Of a DNA stretch of 64,000 nt, positions 1-10,787 are shown piece after piece. Each line of letters begins with the position of its first letter. Position 1 is the first letter of the stretch. Origin of the DNA: Chloroflexota bacterium (lineage in GTDB: Bacteria > Chloroflexota > UBA11872 > VXNJ01); contig JASLPR010000041.1 in NCBI GenBank assembly GCA_030744875.1, forward strand, positions 35,816 to 99,815, given 5' to 3'. A program made the translations under genes and the position numbers. The notes under the pieces are model-generated. The model was not told where the DNA came from. It saw only the letters and a program-made list of their open reading frames with translations, and did no database searches.

Positions 1-1728
1 CGCGAGGCCAATATCTTCCGCTGGCTAGAAGCGGCGTCGTTCGCCCTCAGCCACGACCCAGACCCCGGACTCGAAGACCTGATCGATCGCGCCCTCGACA
101 TCATCGAGCCCGTCCAGGACGACGACGGCTACCTCCACGCCAACATGGCGCCAATATCCCTCCGTCACCTCCGCTGGTCCCACGAGGACATGAACGAGCT
201 ATACGCGGCCGGCCACCTCATTCAGGGCGCCATCGCCCACCGCCGCACCACCGGCGACGACCGTTTCATCAAGATCGCCGTCCGCGTCGCTGATCACATC
301 CACACCATTTTCGGCGCCGGCGACAAGGAGTGGCGACCCAGCCACCCGGTGATCGAAATGGCCCTCGTCGAGCTGTACCGCGAAACCCACGACCGCAAGT
401 ACCTGGACCTCGCCTGCTACTTCATCGACCATGTCGGCACCTCCGGCATGGAAGAGATCGCCGGCCACTCGGTCGTGGTCACCTTCCTGCTATGCGGTGT
501 CATTGATGCCTACGCCGAGACCGGTAATCCGGCCTACCTCGAAACCTCCGAGAAGCTCCTCCGCAACATGGTCGAGGAGAAGATGTACGTGACCGGCGCG
601 CTCGGCGGCCGACGCAACGGCGAAGCCATGGGCCAGCCCTTCGAGCTTCCCCACGAGCACGCCTACGCCGAGACCTGCGCGGCGATCGGCTCGGCCATGT
701 GGAACTGGCGCCTGCTGCACGTCGATCCCGACGCGCGCTACTCCGATCTCATGGAGCTGCATTTCTACAACAGCGTCATGTGCGGCGTCTCCCTGGACGG
801 CAAGAAGTTCTTCTACGACAACCCCCAATCCAGCTGCGGCCACGGATACTTCGACCCCTGGCGGGTCGGGGAGATGCAGCGCGGGCGAGATTATGAGTCC
901 TACCGCAACTGGATCGGGGCCCCCACCCGCCAGGATTGGTTCTACGTGGACCGGCCGGAACCTAAGCACATGTACCGGGTGGCCTGCTGCCCGCCGAACC
1001 TGGCGCGGACGCTGGCGGAACTGCCAGCGTATTACTATTCGACGTCGGAGGCCGGGGTGTGGGTGCACATGTACAACAACAGCACGCTGGACTGGCAACT
1101 GGAGGACGGGACGCCGGTTGCGATCGTCCAGCGGACGGAGTATCCGTGGGACGGGCGCATCGAAATCGAGGTGAAACCGGAACAGGCGGTGGAGTTCTCG
1201 GTGTTCGTGCGGATCCCGGGCTGGTGCCGCTCGGCGACGGCGACGGCGGCTGGCGAAGCGCTGGCGGCAACGCCCGGCGAGTACCTGGAGATTCGGCGGA
1301 CCTGGCAGACGGGCGACAAGATCGTGGTGGACCTGCCGATGCCGGTGGAACTGCTGGTGGCGAACCCGATGGCCACCGAGACCCGCGACAGCGTAACCGT
1401 GAAGCGGGGGCCGATTGTGTACTGCTTCGAGGCGATCGATAACCCGGAGATCGATGTACGGGAGGCTTCGCTGGTGCTGCCGGAGGAGGGGTTACCGGAA
1501 TTCGAAGAGGAATACCGCGATGACCTGCTGGGCGGGGTGGTCGTCTTGAAGGCACGCGGGGCGGTGCCGGACGGCGAATGGGGGGAGCTCTACCGGACGC
1601 TGGACACGTCCGGGTCGGGTCACCGCGAGATCACGCTGACCGGAATTCCGTACCTGGCGTGGGACAACCGCGGGGCGAACGCGATGACGATCTGGTTGCA
1701 GCGGTTGGCGGAGTCGGCGCTGGTGTAG
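1..1728 (+). CDS. GH127 / DUF1680 beta-L-arabinofuranosidase-family glycoside hydrolase (5' partial; gene starts upstream of the window)
   Basis: The reading frame is open from position 1 with no stop before the ATG at 145. The product has the GH127 hallmarks E-x-C (HAYAETCAAIG) and the Cys pair CCPPN, matching the Zn/catalytic site of HypBA1-type enzymes. Stop at 1726-1728. Confidence 0.8.
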   Translation, partial: REANIFRWLEAASFALSHDPDPGLEDLIDRALDIIEPVQDDDGYLHANMAPISLRHLRWSHEDMNELYAAGHLIQGAIAHRRTTGDDRFIKIAVRVADHIHTIFGAGDKEWRPSHPVIEMALVELYRETHDRKYLDLACYFIDHVGTSGMEEIAGHSVVVTFLLCGVIDAYAETGNPAYLETSEKLLRNMVEEKMYVTGALGGRRNGEAMGQPFELPHEHAYAETCAAIGSAMWNWRLLHVDPDARYSDLMELHFYNSVMCGVSLDGKKFFYDNPQSSCGHGYFDPWRVGEMQRGRDYESYRNWIGAPTRQDWFYVDRPEPKHMYRVACCPPNLARTLAELPAYYYSTSEAGVWVHMYNNSTLDWQLEDGTPVAIVQRTEYPWDGRIEIEVKPEQAVEFSVFVRIPGWCRSATATAAGEALAATPGEYLEIRRTWQTGDKIVVDLPMPVELLVANPMATETRDSVTVKRGPIVYCFEAIDNPEIDVREASLVLPEEGLPEFEEEYRDDLLGGVVVLKARGAVPDGEWGELYRTLDTSGSGHREITLTGIPYLAWDNRGANAMTIWLQRLAESALV

Positions 1729-1758
1729 CGAGGCGGCGATGGCGGAGGGTGAGTAGCC

Positions 1759-3009
1759 CTAGACGCCTCTGAGGGCACGGGAACGGGTGTAGGCGATGAG
1801 GTTGAAGGTGGTGAAGACGACGCCGCAGGCGAGCATGGCGCCCATTTCGCCCATCAGCGCGGAGACCGTGCCGCCGAGGATGAAGCCAAGCGGCATGGTC
1901 TGGAAGACGGTGGTGTACATGGCCAGGACGCGGCTGCGCATGTTTTCGGGGACGGTGGTCTGGAGGGCGGTATTGAGAGCAACGAGCCAGAAGGGGGACG
2001 AGGCGCCCATGATGGTGAGGGTGGCGAGGGAGAGCGGAAAGGACCGGGAGAGGGCGAAGATGATCATGCCGGTGCCCCAGATGCAGCCGGAGATAACGAC
2101 GGAGCGGCCTTTGCGAGAGATGTTGCCGCGGCGGGAAAGCCAGAGGCTGGTGAAGAGGGCGCCGGCGCCCTGGGAGCCGGTCAGGAGGCCGAATCCGCCG
2201 GCGCCGACCTGGAGTATGTCGCGGGCGTAGGCGGGAAGCAAGGCCAGGAAGGCGGCGCCGAAGACGGCCAGCGAGGCGAGAAAAAGCAGCGCGGCGACAT
2301 GGGGGGCCTGGCGGACGTACTGGACACCGTCGACGAACTCCGCGACGAAGGGCTTGCGGTCGAGACGCTCGGAGCGCTTGCCACCGCGCACGAAGAGTAA
2401 GCTGACGACGGCAAGCGTGAAGATGGCGGTGAGGAGATAGAAGCCGGTCTCGATGCCATAACGCCCCATGAGGTAGCCGGCGAGGGGCGGGGCGATGATG
2501 TTGGAGCCGTGTTGCAGGAGGTTACTGAGAGCGAGGGCGCCGAGGAGACGGTCTTTGCCGACCAGGTCGTAGACGAAGGTCTGGCTGGCGGGGAGGCCGT
2601 AGGCCTGGAGGCCGCCGGCAGTCATGGCGAGCAGGAGGACGTGCCAGAGCTCGATGATGCCGGTTCCGATGAGGAAGGCGGTGACGAAGGCGGAGACGCC
2701 GAGGAGGACGCGGACCTGGATAAGGAGGGTGCGGGGGTTGGCGCGGTCGGTCATGACGCCGCTGAGCATGGCGAGGGGGACGCCGACCAGGGTGGGGAGG
2801 CCGTTGGCGAGGCCGACCCAGACGGTGGCGTTGGTGAGTTCGAGAACGAGCCAGCCCTGAGCCATCATGCGCAGTTGCTGGCCGGAAAGGGTGAGTGAGT
2901 TGCTGGGCAGCAGGAAGCGAAAATCGCGGATGCCGAGGGTCTTGAAGGCAGATCGGGAGGCGGCCGATACCGGCGGGGCGGGGTTTTCGCGGGGTCCTTT
3001 GAGGCTCAT
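1759..3009 (-). CDS. MFS transporter
   Basis: 416-aa ORF with about 12 hydrophobic segments and Gly/Leu-rich MFS-like helices. It is divergent from a second MFS gene. Confidence 0.8.
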   Translation of the reverse strand: MSLKGPRENPAPPVSAASRSAFKTLGIRDFRFLLPSNSLTLSGQQLRMMAQGWLVLELTNATVWVGLANGLPTLVGVPLAMLSGVMTDRANPRTLLIQVRVLLGVSAFVTAFLIGTGIIELWHVLLLAMTAGGLQAYGLPASQTFVYDLVGKDRLLGALALSNLLQHGSNIIAPPLAGYLMGRYGIETGFYLLTAIFTLAVVSLLFVRGGKRSERLDRKPFVAEFVDGVQYVRQAPHVAALLFLASLAVFGAAFLALLPAYARDILQVGAGGFGLLTGSQGAGALFTSLWLSRRGNISRKGRSVVISGCIWGTGMIIFALSRSFPLSLATLTIMGASSPFWLVALNTALQTTVPENMRSRVLAMYTTVFQTMPLGFILGGTVSALMGEMGAMLACGVVFTTFNLIAYTRSRALRGV

Positions 3010-3068
3010 CGGCGGTTGCCGCGATTCAAGCGCCCGGGGGCACTATCTACGCGGGGCGAAAGGGGATA

Positions 3069-4433
3069 TTGTTTCGTTCCTCGTCGCCGCCGCGCGGGCC
3101 GCCGGAGTGCTGTGCGAGAAGTGCCGTGGTTCACGGCGATGGAGACCTGGCAAAAGCCGTGAGAGCGACGCCCCACGAAGCCGAGAATCCGCGGGTGCGG
3201 CTGCGCAACCAGCTGATTCTGTTTGGCAACATGAGCTTCTTCTCGCTGGGGTACAACGTCATTTCGCCGGTGACGATTATGCCGGTGTTCGTGAGTTTCC
3301 TGACGGGATCGAACGTGATTATTGGTCTGGTGCCAGCGATCGAGGCGCTGGGGTTCGCGCTGCCGCAACTGTTTGGGGCACGGTACTACGAGCGCCTGCC
3401 CTACAAGGCGTTCTATATGTGGCGGGTGAACGTCTCGGGGCGGCTTCTGCTAGCGTCGTACGGGGTGATGGTGATCTTCTGGGCGGACGACCACCGGGGA
3501 CTGATGTTGGTCGGGTTCTTTCTGTTCTTGTTGATGTTCCGCGGCGGGATCGGGTTTCAGTCACCAGCGTTTTCGGATGTGTTGGCGAAGGTGGTGTCGG
3601 TACGGCGGCGTAGCCGGTTTATCGCGATCACGTTTACGGTGGGCGGGGCGGTGGGGGCGGCCGCGGCGGCGGTGGTGTCGGGTTTCCTGGGCAGGGATGC
3701 CTTCCCGGTGGGCTTCGGGTTCCTGTTCCTTTTTGCCGGGCTGTACCTGGCGGCGGTGAATACGAGCATGCTGCTGTTGAAGGAGCCGCCGTCGGAGAAT
3801 ACCGACCGGCCGCTGGAGTCGATCTATCGGGTGCTGGGCCGGGTGCCCAGGGTGCTGGGCAGCGACCCGGCGTTCCTGCGCTACGTGATCGGTCGGACGC
3901 TGATCGGCTGGGGGCTGCTGGCGATGTCGTTCCTGGCGGTGTACGCGGTACGGGATTTCGGCGCGACGCCGGCGGATGTGGGGGTCTACACGGCGGTACT
4001 GCTGGCGTCGCAGACCGGGGCGACGCTGTTCTGGGGCTTCCTGGCGGACCGGGTGACAAGCACGATCGTGCCGACCTTGGGGGGGATGCTGGGGGTGGCG
4101 GCGCTGGCGCTGGTGTTGATCGCGCCGAGCAATGGGGTGTTTATCATCTCCTTCCTGCTGGTAGGGACCGGCTACGGAGCGGTGCGGTTCTCGGATTTTG
4201 CGGTGATGATCGATATCGCGCCGCGGGACCAGATTTCGAATTACGCGGCGGTGTTCGCTGTCTCGACGACCCCGCTGCTGGTACCGGCGGCGCTGATCGC
4301 CGGGCTGGTGGCCGACGCCGGGGGCTATGCGCCGATGCTGGTGGCGATGCTGCTACTGACGGTGGCGGGCTCGGTGTTCATGGTTTTCAGCACGATTCGC
4401 TACGCCGGGAGGCCGGCGCGAACGGACGGATAG
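3069..4433 (+). CDS. MFS transporter (start codon uncertain; it could be the GTG near 3160)
   Basis: 454-aa ORF with multiple TM segments and MFS-like composition. The first 35 codons are low-complexity and may be non-coding leader. Confidence 0.75.
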   Translation: MFRSSSPPRGPPECCARSAVVHGDGDLAKAVRATPHEAENPRVRLRNQLILFGNMSFFSLGYNVISPVTIMPVFVSFLTGSNVIIGLVPAIEALGFALPQLFGARYYERLPYKAFYMWRVNVSGRLLLASYGVMVIFWADDHRGLMLVGFFLFLLMFRGGIGFQSPAFSDVLAKVVSVRRRSRFIAITFTVGGAVGAAAAAVVSGFLGRDAFPVGFGFLFLFAGLYLAAVNTSMLLLKEPPSENTDRPLESIYRVLGRVPRVLGSDPAFLRYVIGRTLIGWGLLAMSFLAVYAVRDFGATPADVGVYTAVLLASQTGATLFWGFLADRVTSTIVPTLGGMLGVAALALVLIAPSNGVFIISFLLVGTGYGAVRFSDFAVMIDIAPRDQISNYAAVFAVSTTPLLVPAALIAGLVADAGGYAPMLVAMLLLTVAGSVFMVFSTIRYAGRPARTDG

Positions 4434-4449
4434 GACGGAGTTTGCGGCG

Positions 4450-5648
4450 GTGGCGCACCGCCGCCATCTTCGCTGCGGATCCTCGCGGCCGGCCCGCCGG
4501 CCCGGATGGATGGAGCGCGCGATGCCCGCTGAACTGGACTCACGCTGGCCGGGTTTGAAGTCCTACGATGCGGATCAGCAGCTGCGGATCGCGCTGCCGC
4601 TGGGCGGCGGCGGGACCAGGACGGTGTCGCTGGGCGGGCGGGGCGATCTGCGCGACTGGGAGATCGTGAACCGGCCGGCGAAGGGGTGGCGGCCGGGCAA
4701 GTGGTGGGCGGGGATGCCGCGGATCAGCGCGCTTCTGCAGCGCACGAACACGTTCTTCGCGCTCTAGCGAAGGCGGTGGGCGCTGGAGGGGCCGGTGGAC
4801 CTGACGGAGTACGAGGGTTCGTGAGGATCGATCGTGACGAACCACGGCCTGCCGCGCTTCAGCGATTGTGAATTCCACACGGCCTATCCCTTCGGCCAGG
4901 TGACGCTGGCCGACGCGGAAGTACCGCTGGATGTGCGCCTGGAGGCGTTTAACCCGCTGATCCCAGGCCACGCCGACAACAGCGGGATTCCGGTGGCGGT
5001 GTTGCGTTTCGTGCTGACCAACCCGGGTTCGGCTCCGGTGGAGGCGGCGGTGTGCGGGGGCCTGGAGAACTTTAACGGCAACGACGACTGTACGGCCTGC
5101 CGGAGCGCACCTTTAATGAACTCCGCGAGGACGGGGAGATTCGCGGGGTGTTCATGCAGTCGACCGGGGTGGCGAAGACCGCCGAACAGTGGGGCACGAT
5201 GGCGCTGACGGCGACGGCGACGGCGAAAGACATTACCTGTCGGGCGGCGTGGCCGGTGCGGTCGTGGGGCGACGCATTGCTGGACTTCTGGGACGACTTC
5301 GCCAACGACGGCCGCCTGGAGGGACGCAACGGCGGTCAGGATCCGGACGCACGGGCGATGGCTTCGCGGGGGGCGGTGCTGGCGCTGACCGGGTTCCAGT
5401 ACTCAGGAATGGAGCGGTCGATCGCGTTCGCGGCCCGGCCGGGGGTGCATTTCTGGTCGAACGGGGCGGCGTGGGGGGGGGTGTGCCGGCAGGACGCCGA
5501 AGAGGGTTCGGCGGCGGTGGAGATGGAGGTGCTGAATGGCTCACTGGAGCTGAGTCGGTTCACGCTGCACAGCGTCGGCGAGATTGCGTTTGACGAACCA
5601 ACCACGTTGGCGGAAGGGGAGACGCTGAGCCTTTCGTTTGCCTCGTAG
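4450..5648 (+). pseudogene. Remnant of a GH116 (GBA2-type beta-glucosidase) gene. Only the N-terminal beta-sandwich domain is present, and it is broken by in-frame stops and a frameshift.
   Basis: Three ORF pieces (4450-4767 and 4834-5208 in the same frame, separated by TAG/TGA; 5148-5648 in another frame) each align to the GH116 N-domain. Matching motifs include LPLGGGGTRTVSLGGRGDLRDWEI, LEAFNPLIPGHADNSGIPVAVLRF and QWGTMAL...LLDFWDDFANDGRL. The ~450-aa catalytic (alpha/alpha)6 domain is absent. The convergent RND gene stops 8 bp downstream. Confidence 0.75.
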
Positions 5649-5656
5649 GGCCGGGG

Positions 5657-8600
5657 CTAGCCGTCACGCGGGAGGGCACCGCCGCGGTTGACCAGGTTGT
5701 AGACGACCGGGACGACCAGGAGCGTAAGGAAGGTGGAGGTGAGGAGTCCGCCGATGACTACGACGGCCAGCTCGGCGGCGATGATGGCGCCTTCGGTGAG
5801 GCCGATGGACATCGGAATCAGGGCGAGGATGGTGGTGAGGGCAGTCATCAGGACGGGACGCACCCGCAGGCGACCGCCTTCGAGGAGGGCGTCGTTGACG
5901 GATTGTCCGCGGGCGCGGAGCTGGTTGACGAAGTCGACCAGAACGATGCCGTTGGTGACGACGATGCCGACCAGCATAAGGAACCCAAACATGGAGGGCA
6001 TGCCGAGGGCGCGCTGGCTGATGGCAAGCGCTGAGAGGGCGCCGATGGAGGCGAGCGGCAGGCAGAACATGATGACGAACGGGTTGCGCAGGGAACCCAT
6101 GACCAGAACCATGATGACGTAGACGAGGACGATGGCAACGCCGATGCCGATGAAGAGCGATTTGAAGCTTTCGCTGAACTGCTGGAGCACCCCACCGGGA
6201 GCGACTTCGACGCCTTCGGGAAGCGTCAGGGAGTCGATCTTCGCCTGGATGTCGCCCTGGACGACGCCGGTATTGGAGCCGGTGATGCGGCCGGAGATCG
6301 AGGCGGAGGAGCGCTGATCGGTGCGGGTAACCAGGGCGGGGGCGAAAACCTCCTGGACATCGGCGATCTCGCCGAGGGTGGTGGTGGCGATGGTGCCGAG
6401 TTCGAGTTCTTTGATGTTGTCGACGCTACTCGTGAACTCGGGGCCGGCCCGCATGACAACATCGACGTTGCCGATGTCGGGCAGATCCACGCGGGTGACG
6501 GTCTGGCCGACCGTGAGTTCGCGCAGAGCCATGGCGACCTGGCCGCCGGTGAGCCCGTACGGAAGGACCTTCATGGGGTCGACCATCAGGGCGACCTCGC
6601 GCTGGCGGATGCCGGCGGCGGTGGCAACATCGACGACACCGTCGACTTCGCGGATGGCGACGGCCACCTCAACGCCGACCGCGGCGACGGTCTCGGCGTC
6701 GTCGCCGGTGACGGAAATCTGTAGCTGCGAGTTGGAGTCGGCGGAACCTTCGCCCTGGATACTGACGAAGGCGCCGGCGATGTCCTTGAGGCGCTCGCGG
6801 GCGAGGGCTTTGACGGCTTGGAGATCGGCTTCGTCGGTGAGGCGCACCACGATGGTAGCGCCGCGGGTGCCCTGGCCCTGGATGGCGCGGCTGAGGGCGA
6901 GGCTGTCGCCACCGCCGCCACCGAGGCTGATGGTGGTGGTATAGACGTCGACGTCAGGGAGGGTGGCGATGATCTGTTCGGCCTGGATGGCGACGGCGAG
7001 GACTTCCTCCTCGGATCCGCTACCCGGGGGCAGGGAGACGCTGGTGAAGAATTGCTTGGCACCCATCGCCGGTAGGAACGTGGTGGGGATGAGGGGCAGC
7101 AGGCCCAGGCTGCCGACAAAGAGGACGGCGGCAATGGCCAGGGTGGCGGCGCGGCGGCGGAGGGACCAGCGCAGGGCCGGCAGGTAGAGACGCTGCACCA
7201 GCGTGAGGCGCTCTTCGGTGGCGCGGCGGGCACCGAGTTGCCGGCGGCCAACGAGGTAGCGGGCGAGGACCGGGACGACGGTGAGGGCAACGACGAGGGA
7301 GGCGAGGATGGCGAAGGTGACGGCGAGGGCGAAGGGACGGAACATGACGGTGGTGATCCCGCCGGCGAAGCCGAGGGGGAGGAAGACGGCGACAGTGGTC
7401 ATGGTGGAGCCGAAGACGGCGCCGGTTACTTCGCGGGTGCCGGCGGAGACGGCGTGATCGAGGTCATCGCCTTCCTGGACGTGGCGGAAGATGTTTTCGA
7501 GGACGACGATGGAGTCATCGACAACACGCCCGAGGGCGATGGTCATGCCGCCGAGAGTGAGGATGTTGATGGTAAAGCCCTGTACAAAGAGGACGGTGAC
7601 CGCAACGAGGATGGAAAGCGGAATGGAGACGGCCGCAACGATGGTGCTGCGGAAACTGATGAGGAAGATCCAGATGGCGATGACGGCAGCAACAGCGCCG
7701 AGCAGTCCTTCGCGGGTGAGTCCTTCGACGGACTCCTCGATGAGAAGCGACTGATCGAGGATCACGTCGAACTCGGCACGGCCGGCGGTGGCGGCGCGGA
7801 CCTTTTCAAGGGCATCCTTGGCGGCGTTGGCGACCTTGACGGTGTTGGCGCCCTGCGCCTTGGTGACCGCAACGCTGAGACCGGTATTGCCGTTGGTGCG
7901 GGAGATGGTGGTGCGTTCGGAGGTGCCCATGGTGACTTCGGCGATGCCGGAGAGGCGGACGGGAAGGGGCATGGCGCCGCTGGTGTCGACGCCGACGATC
8001 ATCGTGGCGATGGCGTCCAGCGAGTCGAGACTGCTAACGGTACGCAGCGGGATGGAAAAGCCGTCGACGTCGACGCGGCCGGTCGGTACGGAGATGTTGT
8101 TGGCCTGGAGCAGGCCGGCGATCTGCTGTGCGGAAACGCCTTTGGACTGCATGGCCGGGACGTCGAGGAGGACGTTGATCTGCTGCTCGGTTGCGCCGAA
8201 GACATCAACTTGCTGGACGCCGTCGATGGCCTTCAGTGCCGGGGCGAGTTGCTCGGCGACGATGGCTTCGAGTTCGGCCGGGTCGCCGTTGCCACTGGCG
8301 GCAATCTGGATGACCGGGAGCGTCTCGTTGATGTTGATGCGCGTCACCCGCGGGGTGCTGGCGGCGGCCGGCAGGCTGACGCCAGCGACGCGCCGCAGGA
8401 CTTCCGCCTCGGCTTCGCGCATGTCGTCGCCGAAGTCGAACTGGGCGATGACGATGGAGACGCTCTCGGCGGAGACCGATTGGAGCGATTTCATCTTGGG
8501 GGTGCCACTGAGAACGGCTTCGATGGGCGCGGTGACAGTGTTAGCGACATCCTCGGGATTGCCCCCGGGGTTGGCGGTGACGATGGTGAGGATCGGGAAG

Positions 8601-8809
8601 TCGAGGTCGGCGATTAGTTCCTGATTGATGCTGACGGCGGAATAGAGGCCGCCGAAGACCAGGCCGATGGCGACGAGCAGGGTGACGGAGCCGCGCTTGA
8701 GGGACCAGTCGGTGAGCCAGGTCAAGTTGCGACGGCTGTTCGGAGAGTTGCGTTGGAGATCATTGACAACACCTTGAGTTGGCGGCGGGGGCGCGCGTGC
8801 GGACCGCAC
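5657..8809 (-). CDS. RND-superfamily efflux transporter (AcrB/HAE-type inner-membrane pump)
   Basis: 1050-aa ORF. The N-terminus (NLTWLTDWSLKRGSVTLLVAIGLV) matches the AcrB-type start. It has two large periplasmic loops and 12 TM segments. No membrane-fusion-protein gene lies upstream. Confidence 0.85.
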   Translation of the reverse strand: MRSARAPPPPTQGVVNDLQRNSPNSRRNLTWLTDWSLKRGSVTLLVAIGLVFGGLYSAVSINQELIADLDFPILTIVTANPGGNPEDVANTVTAPIEAVLSGTPKMKSLQSVSAESVSIVIAQFDFGDDMREAEAEVLRRVAGVSLPAAASTPRVTRININETLPVIQIAASGNGDPAELEAIVAEQLAPALKAIDGVQQVDVFGATEQQINVLLDVPAMQSKGVSAQQIAGLLQANNISVPTGRVDVDGFSIPLRTVSSLDSLDAIATMIVGVDTSGAMPLPVRLSGIAEVTMGTSERTTISRTNGNTGLSVAVTKAQGANTVKVANAAKDALEKVRAATAGRAEFDVILDQSLLIEESVEGLTREGLLGAVAAVIAIWIFLISFRSTIVAAVSIPLSILVAVTVLFVQGFTINILTLGGMTIALGRVVDDSIVVLENIFRHVQEGDDLDHAVSAGTREVTGAVFGSTMTTVAVFLPLGFAGGITTVMFRPFALAVTFAILASLVVALTVVPVLARYLVGRRQLGARRATEERLTLVQRLYLPALRWSLRRRAATLAIAAVLFVGSLGLLPLIPTTFLPAMGAKQFFTSVSLPPGSGSEEEVLAVAIQAEQIIATLPDVDVYTTTISLGGGGGDSLALSRAIQGQGTRGATIVVRLTDEADLQAVKALARERLKDIAGAFVSIQGEGSADSNSQLQISVTGDDAETVAAVGVEVAVAIREVDGVVDVATAAGIRQREVALMVDPMKVLPYGLTGGQVAMALRELTVGQTVTRVDLPDIGNVDVVMRAGPEFTSSVDNIKELELGTIATTTLGEIADVQEVFAPALVTRTDQRSSASISGRITGSNTGVVQGDIQAKIDSLTLPEGVEVAPGGVLQQFSESFKSLFIGIGVAIVLVYVIMVLVMGSLRNPFVIMFCLPLASIGALSALAISQRALGMPSMFGFLMLVGIVVTNGIVLVDFVNQLRARGQSVNDALLEGGRLRVRPVLMTALTTILALIPMSIGLTEGAIIAAELAVVVIGGLLTSTFLTLLVVPVVYNLVNRGGALPRDG

Positions 8810-9207
8810 TTTGCCCGAGAGGGCAGATTGTAGTTGACGGGCCGGCCGCGATTTCCTGATTGGTCTAAGCAGCTTCTCACATTACGGGTGGAGTTCATAG
8901 CGTCACTGTCAGCCGGCTTACCCGCAACCGGTGGCTCTGAGGCGCTCGCCGGGCCGAACGACCGCGAGGGGATTTGAGAATATGGACCTGCTGTGCCGGG
9001 CGCTGCAGGACGGGGTGCGGGAGCGAGTGCGCAAGGTGCGGAACGCCGGCATGCCGAGCGGGAGCTACGTTCCGGGCACCGGCAACAGCGTGGCGAACTA
9101 CGTGTCGACGGAGAACTTCCTGGCGATGGGGGATGCGGGACATCGCTGGGCGGCGGCGTAGGGCGGGGACGGGGTGCTCAGCGTGAGTGAGACAAGAAGA
9201 CCGCGGA

Positions 9208-10755
9208 CTAGTGCACTCCGAAGGCGAACCGGGAACGCGGCGAGTGCGGGTAATCCTGTTTGATGACCAGGTCGAGCAGGCCATCGCGGAGCTCAAGGCG
9301 GGTCTGGCGATGGCCGGGATCGGCAGCCAGATTGTGGGTCTCGTCGGGGTCGGCGGCGAGGTCGAATAGGTGCTCCCCCGTGCCACCGGGATACATGGTG
9401 TAGCGCCAGCGCGCGGTGCGGATGGTGCGGGCCCAGTTGGCGGTGGTAGCCGAGTTGATGTTGTTGTAGCTCTCGACGTAGGCGTGGTCGCGCCAGTCCG
9501 GCGGAGTGTCGCCCCGGCAGAGGCCCAGCAACGAGCGGCCGGGAGCGTAGGGATATTCGGTGCGGCCGGTCGGCCCGCCAACGCCGCCGGCGGGTGGCCC
9601 GGCGCCGTAGATGACCTTTGGCTCGGGCAACGTCAGGCCGGCCATCTCGAATACGGTCGGGAAGATATCTTCGATTTGAACCAACTCGTCGCGAACCTGC
9701 CCGGGTTTGATTCCAGGTCCGGCAATGACCAGCGGGACCCGGATGCAGGCGTCGTAGTGAAACTCGCCTTTGCCGGTGAGCCCGTGGTCGTGGAGCAACT
9801 CGCCGTGGTCGGCGAGCATGATGAGGTAGGTGTTGTCGCGGCGCCCGGTCTCTTCGAGAGCGTCGAGGATCTGGCCGAGCTGGGTGTCGAGATGGCGGAT
9901 GTCGGCAAAGTAGTGCTCGCGATCGTTGCGCCAGTCTTCGGGAATCTCGGCACGGCCGCGGCCTTCGAGGCATTCGGGAGCCAGGGGATCGTCGGGCCAC
10001 TCCGGGGCGATGGGGGAGGGGAGGGCGGCCGCGTCGACGAACTGCCGGTAGCCGGCCGGCGGGGCGAAGGGGCCGTGGGGCTGGACGTAGCTGATGTGGG
10101 CGTAGAGGGGTTGGGCGGGGTCCTGTTCGCGGATGAAGTTGAGGGCGTGGCCGGTGATCCAGTTGGTCTGGGAAAGCTCTTCGGGAAAGGGCAGTTCATA
10201 GGTGCCGCCGATGGCCTGTACTTCTTCGAGTTCGGCGCGGAGATTCTCGCCGCCCGGGCCGTAGCGGGCGAAGCCGGGAATGTCGCGGGACCAGACGGTG
10301 CTGTAGACGGCATCGCGGTACTCGGGATGCTCGGCGCGGACCCAGTCAAGCCATTCACCACCGCGGTCGTCTTCGGTGTTGTGCTGCACGTCGAAGCCGT
10401 AGGGCCGGTAGTCGGGGTGGACGGTTTCGTAGTGGGGGCGCAGGTGGAGCTTGCCGAGCGCGCCGGTTCGCCAGCCAGCGTCCTGCAGGGAACGCATGAA
10501 TGTGGGGATCTCGGGGTCGAGGGCATAGCCGTTCTGCAGGACGCCGTGGCCGCGGGTGGTGAGGCCGGTGGCGAGCGTGGCCCGCGTGGGGCAGCACAGC
10601 GGGTTGCTGCTGATGCAGTTGCCGAAGGTAGTGCCGGCGGCGCGGAGGCGGTCGAGGCCGGGGGTGGCGACGGCGCCGGCGGAGGCCGCTTCGAGCCATT
10701 TGGCCGAGAGCTGATCGACCATGAAGAAGACGATGTTGGGGCGGGGCGGGCTCAT
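9208..10755 (-). CDS. Formylglycine-dependent sulfatase (arylsulfatase family)
   Basis: Sulfatase signature SSNPLCCPTRATLATG (C-x-P-x-R) near the N-terminus. 515 aa. Confidence 0.85.
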   Translation of the reverse strand: MSPPRPNIVFFMVDQLSAKWLEAASAGAVATPGLDRLRAAGTTFGNCISSNPLCCPTRATLATGLTTRGHGVLQNGYALDPEIPTFMRSLQDAGWRTGALGKLHLRPHYETVHPDYRPYGFDVQHNTEDDRGGEWLDWVRAEHPEYRDAVYSTVWSRDIPGFARYGPGGENLRAELEEVQAIGGTYELPFPEELSQTNWITGHALNFIREQDPAQPLYAHISYVQPHGPFAPPAGYRQFVDAAALPSPIAPEWPDDPLAPECLEGRGRAEIPEDWRNDREHYFADIRHLDTQLGQILDALEETGRRDNTYLIMLADHGELLHDHGLTGKGEFHYDACIRVPLVIAGPGIKPGQVRDELVQIEDIFPTVFEMAGLTLPEPKVIYGAGPPAGGVGGPTGRTEYPYAPGRSLLGLCRGDTPPDWRDHAYVESYNNINSATTANWARTIRTARWRYTMYPGGTGEHLFDLAADPDETHNLAADPGHRQTRLELRDGLLDLVIKQDYPHSPRSRFAFGVH

Positions 10756-10787
10756 CTCGGAGTGAGTGACGGTGGAAAGGGTCGCGG

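Noticed and set aside
7238-8617. 459-aa plus-strand ORF rich in Asp/Gly/Glu
   Set aside because: Antisense to the well-supported RND transporter gene. Compositional artefact.
8931-9161. 76-aa plus-strand ORF between the RND pump and the sulfatase (possible 59-aa protein from the ATG at ~8983)
   Set aside because: High GC3 is compatible with coding, but there is no recognisable domain and it sits on the strand opposite both flanking genes. Evidence is insufficient to call it.
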